Below, one piece after another: positions 45,485 to 56,062 of a stretch of 64,000 nt of DNA (positions within the stretch are counted from its first letter, which is position 1; each line of letters opens with the position of its first letter). The notes under the pieces were generated by a model, which ran no database searches, was not told the DNA's origin, and was given only the letters and a program-made list of their open reading frames with translations. This DNA is from Firmicutes bacterium UBA5286 (GTDB lineage: Bacteria > Bacillota > Proteinivoracia > UBA4975). Made by a program: the position numbers and the translations under genes. The stretch is taken from the NCBI GenBank assembly GCA_002408465.1, contig DHSM01000006.1, positions 131,392 through 195,391 on the forward strand, given 5' to 3'.

Positions 45485-46702
45485 ATGGTTTACGTGGAGA
45501 AAATTAAATGGACTACTAATCAATTGCCGAAATCTAAGGACCGCAACCTGGAGATCATGTCGCTGGAGAATGTTAAACATGCCAGAGCTTTTCACCAAAG
45601 CTTTCCTCAGTATTCAGTTACTCCATTGGCACAGCTAAATAATATGGCAAGTTATTTGGGTGTCAACGGTATATATGTCAAGGATGAATCCTACCGCTTC
45701 GGATTAAATGCCTTTAAAGTCTTGGGCGGTTCTTTTGCAATGGGGCGCTATATTGCTCAGCAGCTAGGGAAAGATATTTCCGAGATGACTTACGATTACC
45801 TTACTTCCAAGCAACTCCGTGACGAATTCGGTCAGGCGACTTTTTTTACCGCCACTGATGGCAACCACGGCCGCGGCGTAACATGGGCCGCCAGCAAGCT
45901 GGGGCAAAAATCTGTCGTGCATATGCCCAAAGGTACCTGCAAACCTCGATTTGACAATATTGCAAAAGAGGGAGCAAAGGTAACGATAGAGAATGTTAAC
46001 TATGATGAATGTGTTCGCTTAGCAGCCGAGGACGCAGCTGCCACCCCCCATGGGGTAATTGTCCAGGACACTGCCTGGGAAGGTTATGAAGAAATCCCTG
46101 CCTGGATCATGCAGGGTTATGGCACAATGGCATTGGAAGCAGTGGAACAACTGAAAGCAGCTGGGGTTAAGCGTCCCACTCATGTCTTTGTCCAGGCTGG
46201 CGTTGGGTCCCTGGCAGGCGCAGTTCAAGGATTTATTGCCAATATGTATCCAGACAATCCCCCCACCACGGTAATCATGGAAGCCCAGGCTGCCAACTGC
46301 CTGTATCAATCTGCCGTAGCTGCCGACGGACAAGCGAGAGCTGTAGGCGGAGATTTGCAGACAATAATGGCCGGACTGGCATGCGGCGAAGCTAACACTA
46401 TTTCCTGGGACATTCTTAAAAATCACAGCAGCATCTTCGTCTCCTGCCCTGACTGGGTAGCAACTAAAGGCATGAGAATGCTGGCAGCCCCCTTCAAAGG
46501 CGATTCTCAGGTTGTCTCCGGTGAAAGCGGCGCTGTAGGCATGGGCTTACTGGCAACCTTAATGCAGGATGAAAACTATAAAGATTTGCGGGATGCAATC
46601 GGACTAAACAAAGACAGTATTATCTTATTATTTTCCACCGAAGGCGACACCGATCCAGAAAGCTACAAAAAAATCGTCTGGGGAAATACTGAATCTTGTT
46701 AA
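45485..46702 (+). CDS. dpaL: Diaminopropionate ammonia-lyase (YgeX/DpaL, PLP-dependent)
   Basis: PLP fold with the YgeX-type N-terminus (FHQSFPQYSVTPL...VKDESYRFGLNAFKVLGG) and a TDGNHGRGV glycine loop. The true start may be the internal MSLENV (about 45557). Confidence 0.8.
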   Translation: MVYVEKIKWTTNQLPKSKDRNLEIMSLENVKHARAFHQSFPQYSVTPLAQLNNMASYLGVNGIYVKDESYRFGLNAFKVLGGSFAMGRYIAQQLGKDISEMTYDYLTSKQLRDEFGQATFFTATDGNHGRGVTWAASKLGQKSVVHMPKGTCKPRFDNIAKEGAKVTIENVNYDECVRLAAEDAAATPHGVIVQDTAWEGYEEIPAWIMQGYGTMALEAVEQLKAAGVKRPTHVFVQAGVGSLAGAVQGFIANMYPDNPPTTVIMEAQAANCLYQSAVAADGQARAVGGDLQTIMAGLACGEANTISWDILKNHSSIFVSCPDWVATKGMRMLAAPFKGDSQVVSGESGAVGMGLLATLMQDENYKDLRDAIGLNKDSIILLFSTEGDTDPESYKKIVWGNTESC

Positions 46703-46746
46703 GTCTGATTTAAATAAAAATTATAAAAATCAAGGAGGTTACGTTA

Positions 46747-47940
46747 ATGGATTTCAAGAAAATCAAAGCAGCTGCAGAAGGTTATCAGGAAGATATGATA
46801 AAATTTCTGCGGGATTTAGTTGCGATTCCCGGCGAAAGCTGCGGCGAAGAAGGCGTCATCAAGCGCGTTGAAGCCGAAATGAAAAAGGTTGGTTTTGACA
46901 AGGTAGAAATCGACCTCATGGGCAATGTCCTGGGCTATATGGGCACAGGCAAAACCCTGATTGCTTATGACGCCCACGTGGACACCGTTGGCATTGGCAA
47001 TATCGATACTTGGGAATTTGATCCCTATAAAGGCTTTGAAACCGAAACTGAAATCGGCGGCCGCGGCACTTCTGACCAGTTAGGCGGCATTGTCTCCTCT
47101 GTTTATGGCGCAAGGATCATGAAAGATCTTGGCCTTCTTTCCGACAAATACACCGTCCTGGTAACAGGCACTGTGCAGGAAGAAGACTGTGACGGCCTGT
47201 GCTGGCAGTACATTATTAACGAAGATAAAGTAAAACCTGAGTTTGTCGTAGTTACTGAACCTACTGATGGCAATATTTATCGCGGCCAGCGGGGCAGAAT
47301 GGAAATCCGTGTTGATGTCAAGGGCGTTTCCTGCCATGGTTCCGCTCCCGAACGGGGCGATAACGCTATTTACAAGATAGCCGACATACTTCAGGAAATC
47401 CGCGCCTTAAACGACAAACTCCATTACGATCCTTTCCTTGGCAAGGGCACAGTCACCACCTCACAGATTTTCTATACATCCCCCTCCCGCTGTGCAGTAG
47501 CCGACTCCTGTGCAGTAAGTTTGGACCGCCGCCTCACCCATGGCGAAACTTATGAGATGGCGTTAGATGAAGTCCGCAATCTGCCTTCCTGCAAAAAATA
47601 CGGCGCAGTCGTCAGCATGTACAAGTATGATCGTCCCTCCTGGACCAACCTGGTCTACCCCACCGACTGCTACTTCCCCAGCTGGGTAATTCCTGAAGAT
47701 CATCCTGCCACCCAGGCGATGGTAGAAGCCTACAAAGGCATGTATGGCGAACCGAAGGTTGACAAGTGGACCTTCTCTACCAATGGTGTTTCCATCATGG
47801 GACGCTACGGTATTCCCGTAATCGGTTTCGGCCCCGGCAAAGAAGCTCAGGCACATGCTCCAAATGAAAAGACCTGGAAAGAAGACCTGGTACGCTGCGC
47901 AGCCGTTTACGCTGCAATGCCCCCTCTGTACTGCAAATAA
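46747..47940 (+). CDS. ygeY: YgeY-type M20-family peptidase/amidohydrolase
   Basis: M20/DapE-like metal-binding residues (H...D...E). AAGGAGG RBS. Conserved ygeW-ygeX-ygeY-type neighbourhood. Confidence 0.8.
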   Translation: MDFKKIKAAAEGYQEDMIKFLRDLVAIPGESCGEEGVIKRVEAEMKKVGFDKVEIDLMGNVLGYMGTGKTLIAYDAHVDTVGIGNIDTWEFDPYKGFETETEIGGRGTSDQLGGIVSSVYGARIMKDLGLLSDKYTVLVTGTVQEEDCDGLCWQYIINEDKVKPEFVVVTEPTDGNIYRGQRGRMEIRVDVKGVSCHGSAPERGDNAIYKIADILQEIRALNDKLHYDPFLGKGTVTTSQIFYTSPSRCAVADSCAVSLDRRLTHGETYEMALDEVRNLPSCKKYGAVVSMYKYDRPSWTNLVYPTDCYFPSWVIPEDHPATQAMVEAYKGMYGEPKVDKWTFSTNGVSIMGRYGIPVIGFGPGKEAQAHAPNEKTWKEDLVRCAAVYAAMPPLYCK

Positions 47941-47976
47941 ATTTACTGTAAATTAATAGTAAAGGAGTCGACTGAT

Positions 47977-49173
47977 TTGGATCCAAAATTACATGGGTTT
48001 ATTGACAGATTAAATGCACTAAATTTCAAAGACATGTACAACAACGATTTTTTCCTAACCTGGGAGAAAACTGATGATGAGCTGGAAGCGGTTTTTACTA
48101 TAGCTGACGCCCTGCGCTATATGCGTGTAAACAATATCTCCGTGAAAATTTTTGAAAGCGGCCTGGGCATCTCATTGTTCCGGGACAACTCCACCAGGAC
48201 CCGGTTTAGCTTTGCCTCCGCCTGCAACTTGCTGGGATTGGAGGTACAGGATCTGGAGGAAGGAAAATCCCAGATTGCTCATGGCGAAACTGTAAGAGAA
48301 ACCGCCAACATGGTTTCCTTTATGGCTGATGTCATCGGTATCCGTGATGACATGTACATCGGCAAAGGGAACGCGTACATGCGTGAAGTTTCCAAGTCGA
48401 TTCGTGAAGGCCACAAAGATGGCGTTTTGGAACAGACTCCCACTTTAGTCAATTTGCAATGCGATATCGACCATCCCACCCAGTGCATGGCCGATATGCT
48501 CCACATTATTCATCAGTTTGGCGGCGCGGAAAACCTCAAGGGTAAAAAAATCGCCATGACTTGGGCCTATTCTCCCTCTTATGGCAAGCCCCTTTCAGTT
48601 CCTCAGGGTGTCATTGGCCTGATGACCCGTTTTGGCATGGATGTTGTCCTGGCCCATCCTGAAGGCTATGAAATAATGCCTGACGTTGAAGAAGTCGCCA
48701 AGAAACATGCTCAGGCCACCGGCGGCACCTTTACCAAGACCAATAGCATGGCGGAAGCCTTTAAGGATGCTGATATCGTTTATCCCAAGAGCTGGGCTTC
48801 TTTTGCCGCTATGGAAAAGAGAACTAATTTGTATGCTGCAGGCGATACCGACGGCATCAATGCCCTGGAAAAAGAATTGCTGGCCCAGAACGCTCAGCAC
48901 AAAGATTGGTGCTGTACTGAAGAACTGATAAAGACCACCAAAGATGGCAAGGCCCTTTACCTCCACTGTCTGCCTGCAGATATCAATGATATCTCCTGCA
49001 AGAATGGCGAAGTTGAAGCCTCTGTCTTTGACCGGTATCGCACCCCTCTGTACAAAGAAGCTTCTTTCAAGCCCTATATCATTGCAGCTATGATTTTCCT
49101 GGCCAAATGCAAAGATCCTCAGGCAATATTGAAGGCATTGGCTGAGCGCGGCACCCAGCGCTGGATGAAATAA
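47977..49173 (+). CDS. ygeW: YgeW-type knotted carbamoyltransferase
   Basis: STRTRFSF carbamoyl-phosphate-binding motif and an HCLPA-type motif (LHCLPAD). Confidence 0.85.
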   Translation: MDPKLHGFIDRLNALNFKDMYNNDFFLTWEKTDDELEAVFTIADALRYMRVNNISVKIFESGLGISLFRDNSTRTRFSFASACNLLGLEVQDLEEGKSQIAHGETVRETANMVSFMADVIGIRDDMYIGKGNAYMREVSKSIREGHKDGVLEQTPTLVNLQCDIDHPTQCMADMLHIIHQFGGAENLKGKKIAMTWAYSPSYGKPLSVPQGVIGLMTRFGMDVVLAHPEGYEIMPDVEEVAKKHAQATGGTFTKTNSMAEAFKDADIVYPKSWASFAAMEKRTNLYAAGDTDGINALEKELLAQNAQHKDWCCTEELIKTTKDGKALYLHCLPADINDISCKNGEVEASVFDRYRTPLYKEASFKPYIIAAMIFLAKCKDPQAILKALAERGTQRWMK

Positions 49174-49189
49174 TTGTCACAGATCATTA

Positions 49190-49230
49190 TTTTAGCGAAG
49201 CTCACCTGCAAATGCCGGTGAGCCTCGCTA
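49190..49230 (+). terminator. Stem-loop / possible attenuator between ygeW and the carbamate kinase gene
   Basis: agcgaagctcacc-tgcaaatgcc-ggtgagcctcgct, a 13-bp stem with one mismatch and a weak U-tract. Confidence 0.4.
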
Positions 49231-49259
49231 ATTTCATAACTCAAATGGAAATAAGGTGA

Positions 49260-50201
49260 TTGATAATGGGAAAAAGACTAGTAATCGCACTGGGAGGCAA
49301 CGCTCTGGGCAACACAGCGGCAGAACAGCTGGTGCTTGTAGCCCAGACAGCAAAGCCGATTGTTGACCTGATTCAGCAAGGGAACGAAGTAATCATTGCC
49401 CATGGCAACGGCCCCCAGGTGGGCATGATCAATCTTGGCATGAGCACCGCTCATGCTGCAGGCGCCATCAAAGCTGAGATGCCTTTCCCCGAGTGTGGAG
49501 CCATGAGCCAGGGCTATATCGGCTATCATCTTCAAAACAGCATCAGCAATGAGCTGGCAGCAAGAGCCATCAAGAAAAGCGTCGCCACAATAGTCACACA
49601 AGTGCTGGTGGACGAAAATGATTCGGCTTTCCAAAACCCGACAAAGCCAATTGGCGCATTCTACACTAAGGAACAGGCTGAAAAAATAGCCGCGGACAAA
49701 GGCTATACCATGGTAGAAGATGCAGGCCGCGGCTACCGCCAGGTAGTCCCCTCCCCCAAGCCGGTAGCGGTTGTAGAAAAGGATGTGGTGGCCGCCCTGG
49801 TAAACGCCGGCGTGGTTGTAATTACTGCCGGGGGAGGCGGAATCCCTGTCATTCAAAAGGATAATCGCCTAGTGGGCGTTCCCGCTGTCATCGACAAAGA
49901 CTTCGCTTCCGCTAAGGTCGCTGAACTGCTGGATGCAGATGCCCTCATAATCTTGACTGCTGTAGACCGGGTCGCCATCAATTGGGGCAAACCCAACCAG
50001 AGATCTTTGGCAGAAATGACCGTTGCCCAAGCCGAACAATACTGCAGAGAAGGTCATTTTGCCCCTGGCAGCATGTTGCCAAAGGTGAAAGCTGCCATCG
50101 GCTTTGCCCAATCGAAAGCAGGACGCAGGGCAATTATTGCCTCTCTGGAAAATGCCTCCCTCGCCCTTCGCGGCGAAAGCGGGACGATAATTCAGCAGTA
50201 A
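49260..50201 (+). CDS. arcC: Carbamate kinase
   Basis: N-terminal KRLVIALGGNAL and an amino-acid-kinase fold. Confidence 0.9.
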   Translation: MIMGKRLVIALGGNALGNTAAEQLVLVAQTAKPIVDLIQQGNEVIIAHGNGPQVGMINLGMSTAHAAGAIKAEMPFPECGAMSQGYIGYHLQNSISNELAARAIKKSVATIVTQVLVDENDSAFQNPTKPIGAFYTKEQAEKIAADKGYTMVEDAGRGYRQVVPSPKPVAVVEKDVVAALVNAGVVVITAGGGGIPVIQKDNRLVGVPAVIDKDFASAKVAELLDADALIILTAVDRVAINWGKPNQRSLAEMTVAQAEQYCREGHFAPGSMLPKVKAAIGFAQSKAGRRAIIASLENASLALRGESGTIIQQ

Positions 50202-50235
50202 TGGCAAGCGAAATTATTTTTCCGGAGGTTATCTG

Positions 50236-51075
50236 ATGCGCCAAGTGACATTAGGCCTAATCCAAATGGAAAGCTTTCTCGGCGATAAAGAAAGGAATTT
50301 GGCCCTGGCAATTCAGCTAGTAAGGGATGCGGCCAGCCAAGGGGCAAAGTTAATTTGCCTGCCGGAAATGTTTGTAACCGGCTACCATTTAGACAGTCTT
50401 GGCGATTCTCTTTACAGCCTGAGTGAAGAATTAAACGGGCCCACTATTGCCGCGTTGGGAAAACTGGCCAAAAAAATAAACGCTTATATCATTGCCCCCT
50501 TGGCCATAAAGAATCCTGACCATGGCCTCCTCCTCAACGTCGCTGTCCTCATTGACGATTGCGGCGAGGTGCAAGGAGTATATTCAAAAAATCATCTCTT
50601 TGGGGATGATGATAAATATTTTACCACCAGCGGCGAATATCCCGTCTTTAAGACCAAGTATGGAACCATCGGCATCATGATCTGCTGTGACAACAACTAT
50701 CCCGAACCAGCAAGAATTCTTGCTCTCCAAGGCGCTGAAATTATATTTACAACTGCTGCCTGGAGACTCCAGGAGGCAGACCTCTGGCGCCTGTACAACT
50801 GCTGCCGGGCGGCAGAAAACAACGTATTTGTCGCCGGCATCAACGCCTTTGGCCGCCTGGAAGGATTGTTTTTATTCGGCCACAGCATGCTGGTTAATCC
50901 CAGGGGCCAGATCCTTGAGGAAGTCAATGAAGACGGCAGCAGCGTCCTGGTCCGGACCATCGACTTAGACGAAATAGCGGCAATTCGCCAACACTCCCCC
51001 GGCCTCAAAGACCGTCACCCCCAAGAATATGGCGCTCTTTGTCAGCCTGCAGACCTGAATGGCATTCTCAAGTAA
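50236..51075 (+). CDS. Carbon-nitrogen hydrolase (nitrilase-superfamily amidohydrolase)
   Basis: E-K-C triad context (LICLPEMF, ...K..., GIMICCDNNYPE). Confidence 0.85.
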   Translation: MRQVTLGLIQMESFLGDKERNLALAIQLVRDAASQGAKLICLPEMFVTGYHLDSLGDSLYSLSEELNGPTIAALGKLAKKINAYIIAPLAIKNPDHGLLLNVAVLIDDCGEVQGVYSKNHLFGDDDKYFTTSGEYPVFKTKYGTIGIMICCDNNYPEPARILALQGAEIIFTTAAWRLQEADLWRLYNCCRAAENNVFVAGINAFGRLEGLFLFGHSMLVNPRGQILEEVNEDGSSVLVRTIDLDEIAAIRQHSPGLKDRHPQEYGALCQPADLNGILK

Positions 51076-51115
51076 ATTATTTGCCGGGTGAATTGCAGCA
51101 GGTATTTTTTCAATA

Positions 51116-51160
51116 ATAAACGACCTGCTTTCACAAATGTGAAGGGCAGGTCGTTTAATC
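51116..51160. terminator. Strong hairpin between the convergent nitrilase and yheO-like genes
   Basis: aaacgacctgc-tttcacaaatgtgaagg-gcaggtcgttt (11-bp perfect stem). No clear U-tract on either strand. Confidence 0.45.
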
Positions 51161-51173
51161 CTTGTTGAAGGGT

Positions 51174-51809
51174 TTACTTCTTAACATCGATATAATTATA
51201 CAGAGTATACTTGGAAATACCGAAATACCTTGAAATTTTATCGCCGCTCTTGCTGATTAACAGCGCGCCGGAGTCATACAAGTACTGCAAAGCTTTGATC
51301 TTGTCATCTTTGTTCATCAGGGGCACCGGCTTGCCAACCAGGCGAACGCTTTGTTCAAGCAGTTCGTCCAAGAGATCATTGACATTTTGCACAATCGGCT
51401 CAGGTTCTTTGTCGCCATTCTCTGTCTTGGTCAGGTTAGTCAGAGTATGCGCTGCCATTAACAGGGCAGTCATATCATAGTTGATCGACAGTATATTGGC
51501 CGCTTGCCCATTTTCGTCATAAACATAAATTGTGCTGGATTTGATTATCTTTTGGTCCTTAGTAGTCATTAAGTAATTGAGATGGTCCTCAAGCACAGCA
51601 TCCTTATTGCGCAGGGCCTCCAGCACCACATGGGAAGGGCCATCTCCCACCCTCCGTGAAGTTACATGCCCGTTTTCAATTGCTACAATGGAGCTTTCAA
51701 TATTGCCTTTGGTTAAATCGTGAACTACCACTTCACAATTATCCCCGAAATGCGCGGCGATCCCTTTGGCCAGGCGCTTTAAAAAATCTATTGTCAACTG
51801 GTTGCTCAT
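51174..51809 (-). CDS. YheO/DauR-like transcriptional regulator (PAS-like sensor + C-terminal HTH)
   Basis: N-terminal FLKRLAKGIAAHFGDNCEVVVHDL (YheO-type PAS_6) and C-terminal ISKYTLYNYI HTH. Start at MSNQL preceded by AAGGAG. Confidence 0.7.
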   Translation of the reverse strand: MSNQLTIDFLKRLAKGIAAHFGDNCEVVVHDLTKGNIESSIVAIENGHVTSRRVGDGPSHVVLEALRNKDAVLEDHLNYLMTTKDQKIIKSSTIYVYDENGQAANILSINYDMTALLMAAHTLTNLTKTENGDKEPEPIVQNVNDLLDELLEQSVRLVGKPVPLMNKDDKIKALQYLYDSGALLISKSGDKISRYFGISKYTLYNYIDVKK

Positions 51810-51860
51810 ATCCCCACTCCTTTTCAATTAACATGTCGCAAATATGAATTTTAGTGTAAA

Positions 51861-51875
51861 CTACCCATAGGGTAG
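51861..51875. promoter_or_regulatory. 6-3-6 palindrome in the divergent yheO/hydantoinase control region
   Basis: CTACCC-ata-GGGTAG. Confidence 0.4.
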
Positions 51876-51930
51876 ATTGTTTGCACCCTAATTATAAAGT
51901 AATCACATAAAATTATCTAAGGATGATTAG

Positions 51931-53319
51931 ATGAAAAAGCTAATAAAAAACGGAACCATTGTTACTCCAAGTTTATCATATCAAAGTAACATACTGATTG
52001 AAAATGGCATTATCGCCGCCATCCAGCCTGGGCTGGAAACGTCTGATACAGAAATTTATGATGCCAGGGGCTGCCGGCTGTTTCCCGGGTTTATTGATGC
52101 CCACACACATTTAGATATGGCTATGGGCCCCACTGTCACCGCAGACGACTTTCGGACTGGCACAAGGGCGGCTCTTGCTGGCGGCACTACATCAATCATT
52201 GATTTCGCCACCCAAGATAAAGGCGACACCCTGACCCATGCCCTGGGAAAATGGCATCGCAAGGCTGATGGCATTTCTGCCTGCGATTATGGCTTCCATA
52301 TGGCAATTATAGATTGGAATCCTGAAATATGCAACGAAATCCAATCAATTGCAGATGCAGGAGTAACTTCCTTTAAAGTCTATCTCGCCTATGACAACCT
52401 GCACGTCAGCGACAGCGCAATCTATGAAATCCTGCGCCGCGTAGGCCAGGTCCATGGAATTGTCGGCGCTCACTGCGAAAACGGAGACATCATCAGCAAG
52501 CTGATAGATACTAACCTTCGCCGCAACAATACCCAGCCTTGCTTTCACGCCCAGTCCCGGCCGGACCTGGCAGAAGCAGAAGCCATCTCCCGCTTCACTT
52601 ACATTGCGCAAATGGCAGAAGTTCCTGTCAACATCGTTCATCTCAGTAGCGAGGCCGGCTTAATGGCAGCTAAGAGCGCTCGCCAGCGGGGAGCAGATAT
52701 CTATATCGAATCCTGCCCCCAGTATTTTATTCTTGATGACAGCTGCTATTACCTGCCGGGATTTGAAGGGGCGAAATTTGTCTGTTCGCCGCCAGTACGT
52801 TCAAAACACAGTCAGACTGCTCTCTGGAACGCTCTTTCTGCAGGCAGCATTGATACCATCTCTACAGATCATTGCAGTTTTAACTGGAAAGGGCAAAAAG
52901 AACTGGGCCGCAATGATTTCAGTCAAATTCCTAATGGCCTGCCGGGAATTGAACACCGTCCCGTACTCCTGTACACCTACGGAGTTGCGGCAGGCCGCAT
53001 TAGCGAAAATCAATTTGTCGCCAGTTTATCTGAGAACACCGCCCGCCTTTTTGGCATGTTTCCGCAAAAAGGGCAAATAGCAGTTGGCAGCGATGCAGAT
53101 ATTGTCGTCTGGAATCCCAGCTGTCAGGGCACGCTCACGGCTCAAAACCAGGTGCAAAATGTCGACTATACCCCCTACGAAGGCCTGAAGATTCAAGGTG
53201 GAGCTAAGGCTGTTTTCTTGCGCGGAGAGCTGGCAGCCGAAAACGGCAAAGTGCTCTTCGAAAATCAGGGGAAATATATACATCGCCATAGCTGCGACTA
53301 TTACCATAAAAATTCGTAA
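51931..53319 (+). CDS. Cyclic amidohydrolase (D-hydantoinase/dihydropyrimidinase family)
   Basis: Metal-binding motifs FIDAHTHLD, carbamylated-Lys region FKVYLAY, and HxH...D. Confidence 0.85.
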   Translation: MKKLIKNGTIVTPSLSYQSNILIENGIIAAIQPGLETSDTEIYDARGCRLFPGFIDAHTHLDMAMGPTVTADDFRTGTRAALAGGTTSIIDFATQDKGDTLTHALGKWHRKADGISACDYGFHMAIIDWNPEICNEIQSIADAGVTSFKVYLAYDNLHVSDSAIYEILRRVGQVHGIVGAHCENGDIISKLIDTNLRRNNTQPCFHAQSRPDLAEAEAISRFTYIAQMAEVPVNIVHLSSEAGLMAAKSARQRGADIYIESCPQYFILDDSCYYLPGFEGAKFVCSPPVRSKHSQTALWNALSAGSIDTISTDHCSFNWKGQKELGRNDFSQIPNGLPGIEHRPVLLYTYGVAAGRISENQFVASLSENTARLFGMFPQKGQIAVGSDADIVVWNPSCQGTLTAQNQVQNVDYTPYEGLKIQGGAKAVFLRGELAAENGKVLFENQGKYIHRHSCDYYHKNS

Positions 53320-53334
53320 GCTTGCCAGAAAGAG

Positions 53335-53393
53335 ACCACCGCTCACTACCGGACCCCTCCGGCGTGAGCGGTGGCTTTTTTTTAGCAAAGTCT
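53335..53393 (+). terminator. Rho-independent terminator of the hydantoinase gene
   Basis: ccaccgctcac-taccggacccctccggc-gtgagcggtgg followed by T8. Confidence 0.8.
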
Positions 53394-53407
53394 ATCTGTG
53401 CACAAAT

Positions 53408-54823
53408 TTACTTCGTTAACTTTCTGTGCAAAAACTGTCCTGAACCTTTTTCCCCCAAGAATTTGCCGTCTTCAACCAAGATATCGCCACGGCGAATAGT
53501 CATAACCGGCCATCCCTTCGGGGTGATTCCTTGATAAATTGTATAGCCAATGCCGTAATGAAGGGTTTCATCAGACAAAGTTACTTCCTTTTCAGGATCG
53601 ACTATGACCATGTCCGCATCAAAACCAACCTGGATAGCTCCCTTCTGAGGATATAGGCCAAATGTTTTCGCAGGATTCAATGAAGTCATCTTCACTAGCT
53701 GATTCCAGGTGATGCGGCCTTTATTAATTCCTTCGGAAATAAGCAGGGCCAGCCGCTCTTCCACTCCACAGGAACCGCTGATGACCTTGGTAAAGTCGGG
53801 CTTCACCGAACCGTCTTCATTGACCTCCAGGTTCTGTTCCTTGATTTCCCGGGTAAAGGTGCAATTGTCAGAGCCAATAATGGTCAGAGTTCCGTCAGCC
53901 AGGCCTTCCCAGAGCTTATTCAGGTCCTTTTCGCTGCGCAATGGCGGGCTCATCATATTCAGGTGGCCATCTGCAGTCTGATATACTTCATCAGTAAGAG
54001 TCAGATAATGGGGGCAAGTTTCAGCAGTTACTTTGATGCCGGCCTTCTGGGCGTTATAAACAGCGTCCATGGCTTCGCCGGTGGAAAGGTGGAAAATATA
54101 AATTGGGCAATCCATGAACTTGGCGTAGGCGATAATGCGGTTAACTGCTTCCAGCTCGCAGATATTCGGTCTAGACAGGGGGAAGGCACTCCAGGCACGA
54201 TTGCCTTCCTGGAACAGTTTCTCGGTGCAGTATTCTACCAAGGCGTTGCTTTCGCAATGAAATCCCGGCATCGCGCCCTGGGCCCGGGCTTCGGCCATAA
54301 CTTTCAAAATATCGTCGTCCTCAATCATAACTCCAGATTTGCGGTAAGTCATAAAGAGTTTAAATGTAGGACAGCCATAGGCGACAATATCCTTGATCTC
54401 GTCAATAATCTTGTCATTGGCTTCGACGAATTTGGCATGGATGCCGTAATCAACTGCGCAAGCCTTCATTTCTTCACGCCGCTCTTTGATTGCTTCCAGT
54501 ACTGACTTGCCTTTTTTGGACTCAGAGAAATCCAGCAATGTAGTGACCCCGCCAAAGGCTGCACAGCGGCTGGCGGTATAGAAATCTAAGGTGTCATAGA
54601 TGCCGTTTACACCGGCATGAATATGACAGTGGGGATCGATAATGCCTGGGAGCACATATTTCCCAGCAGCGTCAATAACCCGTTTGGCGCTATCAAAAAT
54701 ACCCGTTTCCGAGATGGCAACAATTTTGGAATCCTTGATCGCTATGTCAGCTAAGTAAGACGAATCAGCGGAAACGACAGTGCCTCTTCGGATGATTAAA
54801 TCAAACATCGACTTGACCTCCAT
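53408..54823 (-). CDS. Dihydropyrimidinase/D-hydantoinase (second paralogue)
   Basis: GIIDPHCHIH, FKLFMTY (carbamylated Lys), AHAE-type signatures, about 470 aa. Confidence 0.85.
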   Translation of the reverse strand: MEVKSMFDLIIRRGTVVSADSSYLADIAIKDSKIVAISETGIFDSAKRVIDAAGKYVLPGIIDPHCHIHAGVNGIYDTLDFYTASRCAAFGGVTTLLDFSESKKGKSVLEAIKERREEMKACAVDYGIHAKFVEANDKIIDEIKDIVAYGCPTFKLFMTYRKSGVMIEDDDILKVMAEARAQGAMPGFHCESNALVEYCTEKLFQEGNRAWSAFPLSRPNICELEAVNRIIAYAKFMDCPIYIFHLSTGEAMDAVYNAQKAGIKVTAETCPHYLTLTDEVYQTADGHLNMMSPPLRSEKDLNKLWEGLADGTLTIIGSDNCTFTREIKEQNLEVNEDGSVKPDFTKVISGSCGVEERLALLISEGINKGRITWNQLVKMTSLNPAKTFGLYPQKGAIQVGFDADMVIVDPEKEVTLSDETLHYGIGYTIYQGITPKGWPVMTIRRGDILVEDGKFLGEKGSGQFLHRKLTK

Positions 54824-54907
54824 ATTAGATATAATGTTGTAGCTGAAACTGGCCTTAGGATTAAATAAGGTCTATCACCTTCCGGCAAGTTCTTTATTTA
54901 CAACAAT

Positions 54908-54936
54908 ATTTTAAAGCCAAATCAAAAATTTGTCAA
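54908..54936 (-). promoter_or_regulatory. Sigma-A promoter of the second hydantoinase gene (TTGACA, 17-nt spacer, TAAAAT)
   Basis: Plus-strand tgtcaa at 54931-54936 and atttta at 54908-54913 give consensus hexamers on minus. A 7-bp inverted repeat (attgtct/agacaat, 54954-54976) lies about 20 bp upstream. Confidence 0.55.
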
Positions 54937-55039
54937 GGTAGCCGCCTCATTCTATTGTCTGCGGCCCCAAGACAATTCATGTATGAAATTCTTGCCCGCT
55001 ATAATATTTTCCCCGGAAAGGGAAAATAGTTTTTGCCAT

Positions 55040-55070
55040 AAAAAAACACCACACTGTGGTGTTTTAAATA
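55040..55070 (-). terminator. Terminator after the YabE-like gene (bidirectional-looking)
   Basis: A7-caccacactgtggtg-TTTT. Confidence 0.65.
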
Positions 55071-55090
55071 GCATGGGCCGTCAACTAGTT

Positions 55091-56062
55091 TTACTGAATG
55101 ATCTCAATCCTCACCTTGCCTACTCCGTCGGCGTACAGGCCGATTTCCTTGGCCGCTGCCGCCGAAAGGTCGATAATCCTGCCGGGAGTAAAAGGCCCCC
55201 TGTCGTTAATCTCAACCACCACAGTCTTTCCTGTGGCCAGGTAGGTTACTTTTACTCTCGTGCCAAAGGGCAGTGTCTTGTGGGCGGCTGTCAACGCATA
55301 CATGTCAAAGGGAACGCCGCTGGCCGTTCTGCTGCCGTGGAGTTCCGCCCCGTAGTATGAGGCGACACCTACCACGGCTTCCCCGGTTGTGCCTCTGGAG
55401 ACTGTTCGAGTCCCCTTGAGGATGACCCCCGCCACCGGTTGAGCAAGTATGCTCTCACTGACTATGCGCCTGGACACTTCTGCACCGTCATGGAATATGA
55501 CTTCATAGGTTATCAGCTTGCTGCCGTCCTTAGCCTGGGTCTGCACCTTTTTCTTGCCCTGGCCCAAGGTGGGATCGCTTTTATACACTGTCTTAGCCGC
55601 TATAGCCACTTCTTCACTGACCAGCTGGCGGTCCACCCGGATGATTTCCACTGTCAGCCCTTCAGTCAGCCTTTGCTCCAGCGGGCAGCTGAGCAAATCG
55701 CCCTCAACACTGATACCTTGTTCCGCCAACAGTCCTTCAACGGTCCCTGCCCAGGAAATGACTGACAGTCCCCGGCCATCCCCCTTAATGACAACTTTTG
55801 TCCCCTTCTCAATAATAATGCAGTTGGATTGAGTTTCCTTGTCCAACCCAGGAAAGACCCGCTCATAATCAGCATCCAGGGTTATATTAGCTTCAGCCAG
55901 AATATCCGCCACCAGAGTCTTGGTTGTAAGAACCTCCAGCCTCCCAGCTCCCGACAGAATTGTTACCAGCCGCGGTTGAACCTGAACCGGATTGATGAAG
56001 ACAAGGGCTAAGATGGCCGCAAAAACAGCAGCCTTAATCAAATATTTTTTCTTGTCCTTCAT
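55091..56062 (-). CDS. DUF348-G5-3D (RlpA-like) domain protein, YabE-like
   Basis: N-terminal TM, repeated DUF348-like segments, a G5 domain, and a C-terminal 3D/DPBB region ([22 protein letters not shown]...). Start at MKDKK after GGGGGTGA. Confidence 0.75.
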   Translation of the reverse strand: MKDKKKYLIKAAVFAAILALVFINPVQVQPRLVTILSGAGRLEVLTTKTLVADILAEANITLDADYERVFPGLDKETQSNCIIIEKGTKVVIKGDGRGLSVISWAGTVEGLLAEQGISVEGDLLSCPLEQRLTEGLTVEIIRVDRQLVSEEVAIAAKTVYKSDPTLGQGKKKVQTQAKDGSKLITYEVIFHDGAEVSRRIVSESILAQPVAGVILKGTRTVSRGTTGEAVVGVASYYGAELHGSRTASGVPFDMYALTAAHKTLPFGTRVKVTYLATGKTVVVEINDRGPFTPGRIIDLSAAAAKEIGLYADGVGKVRIEIIQ

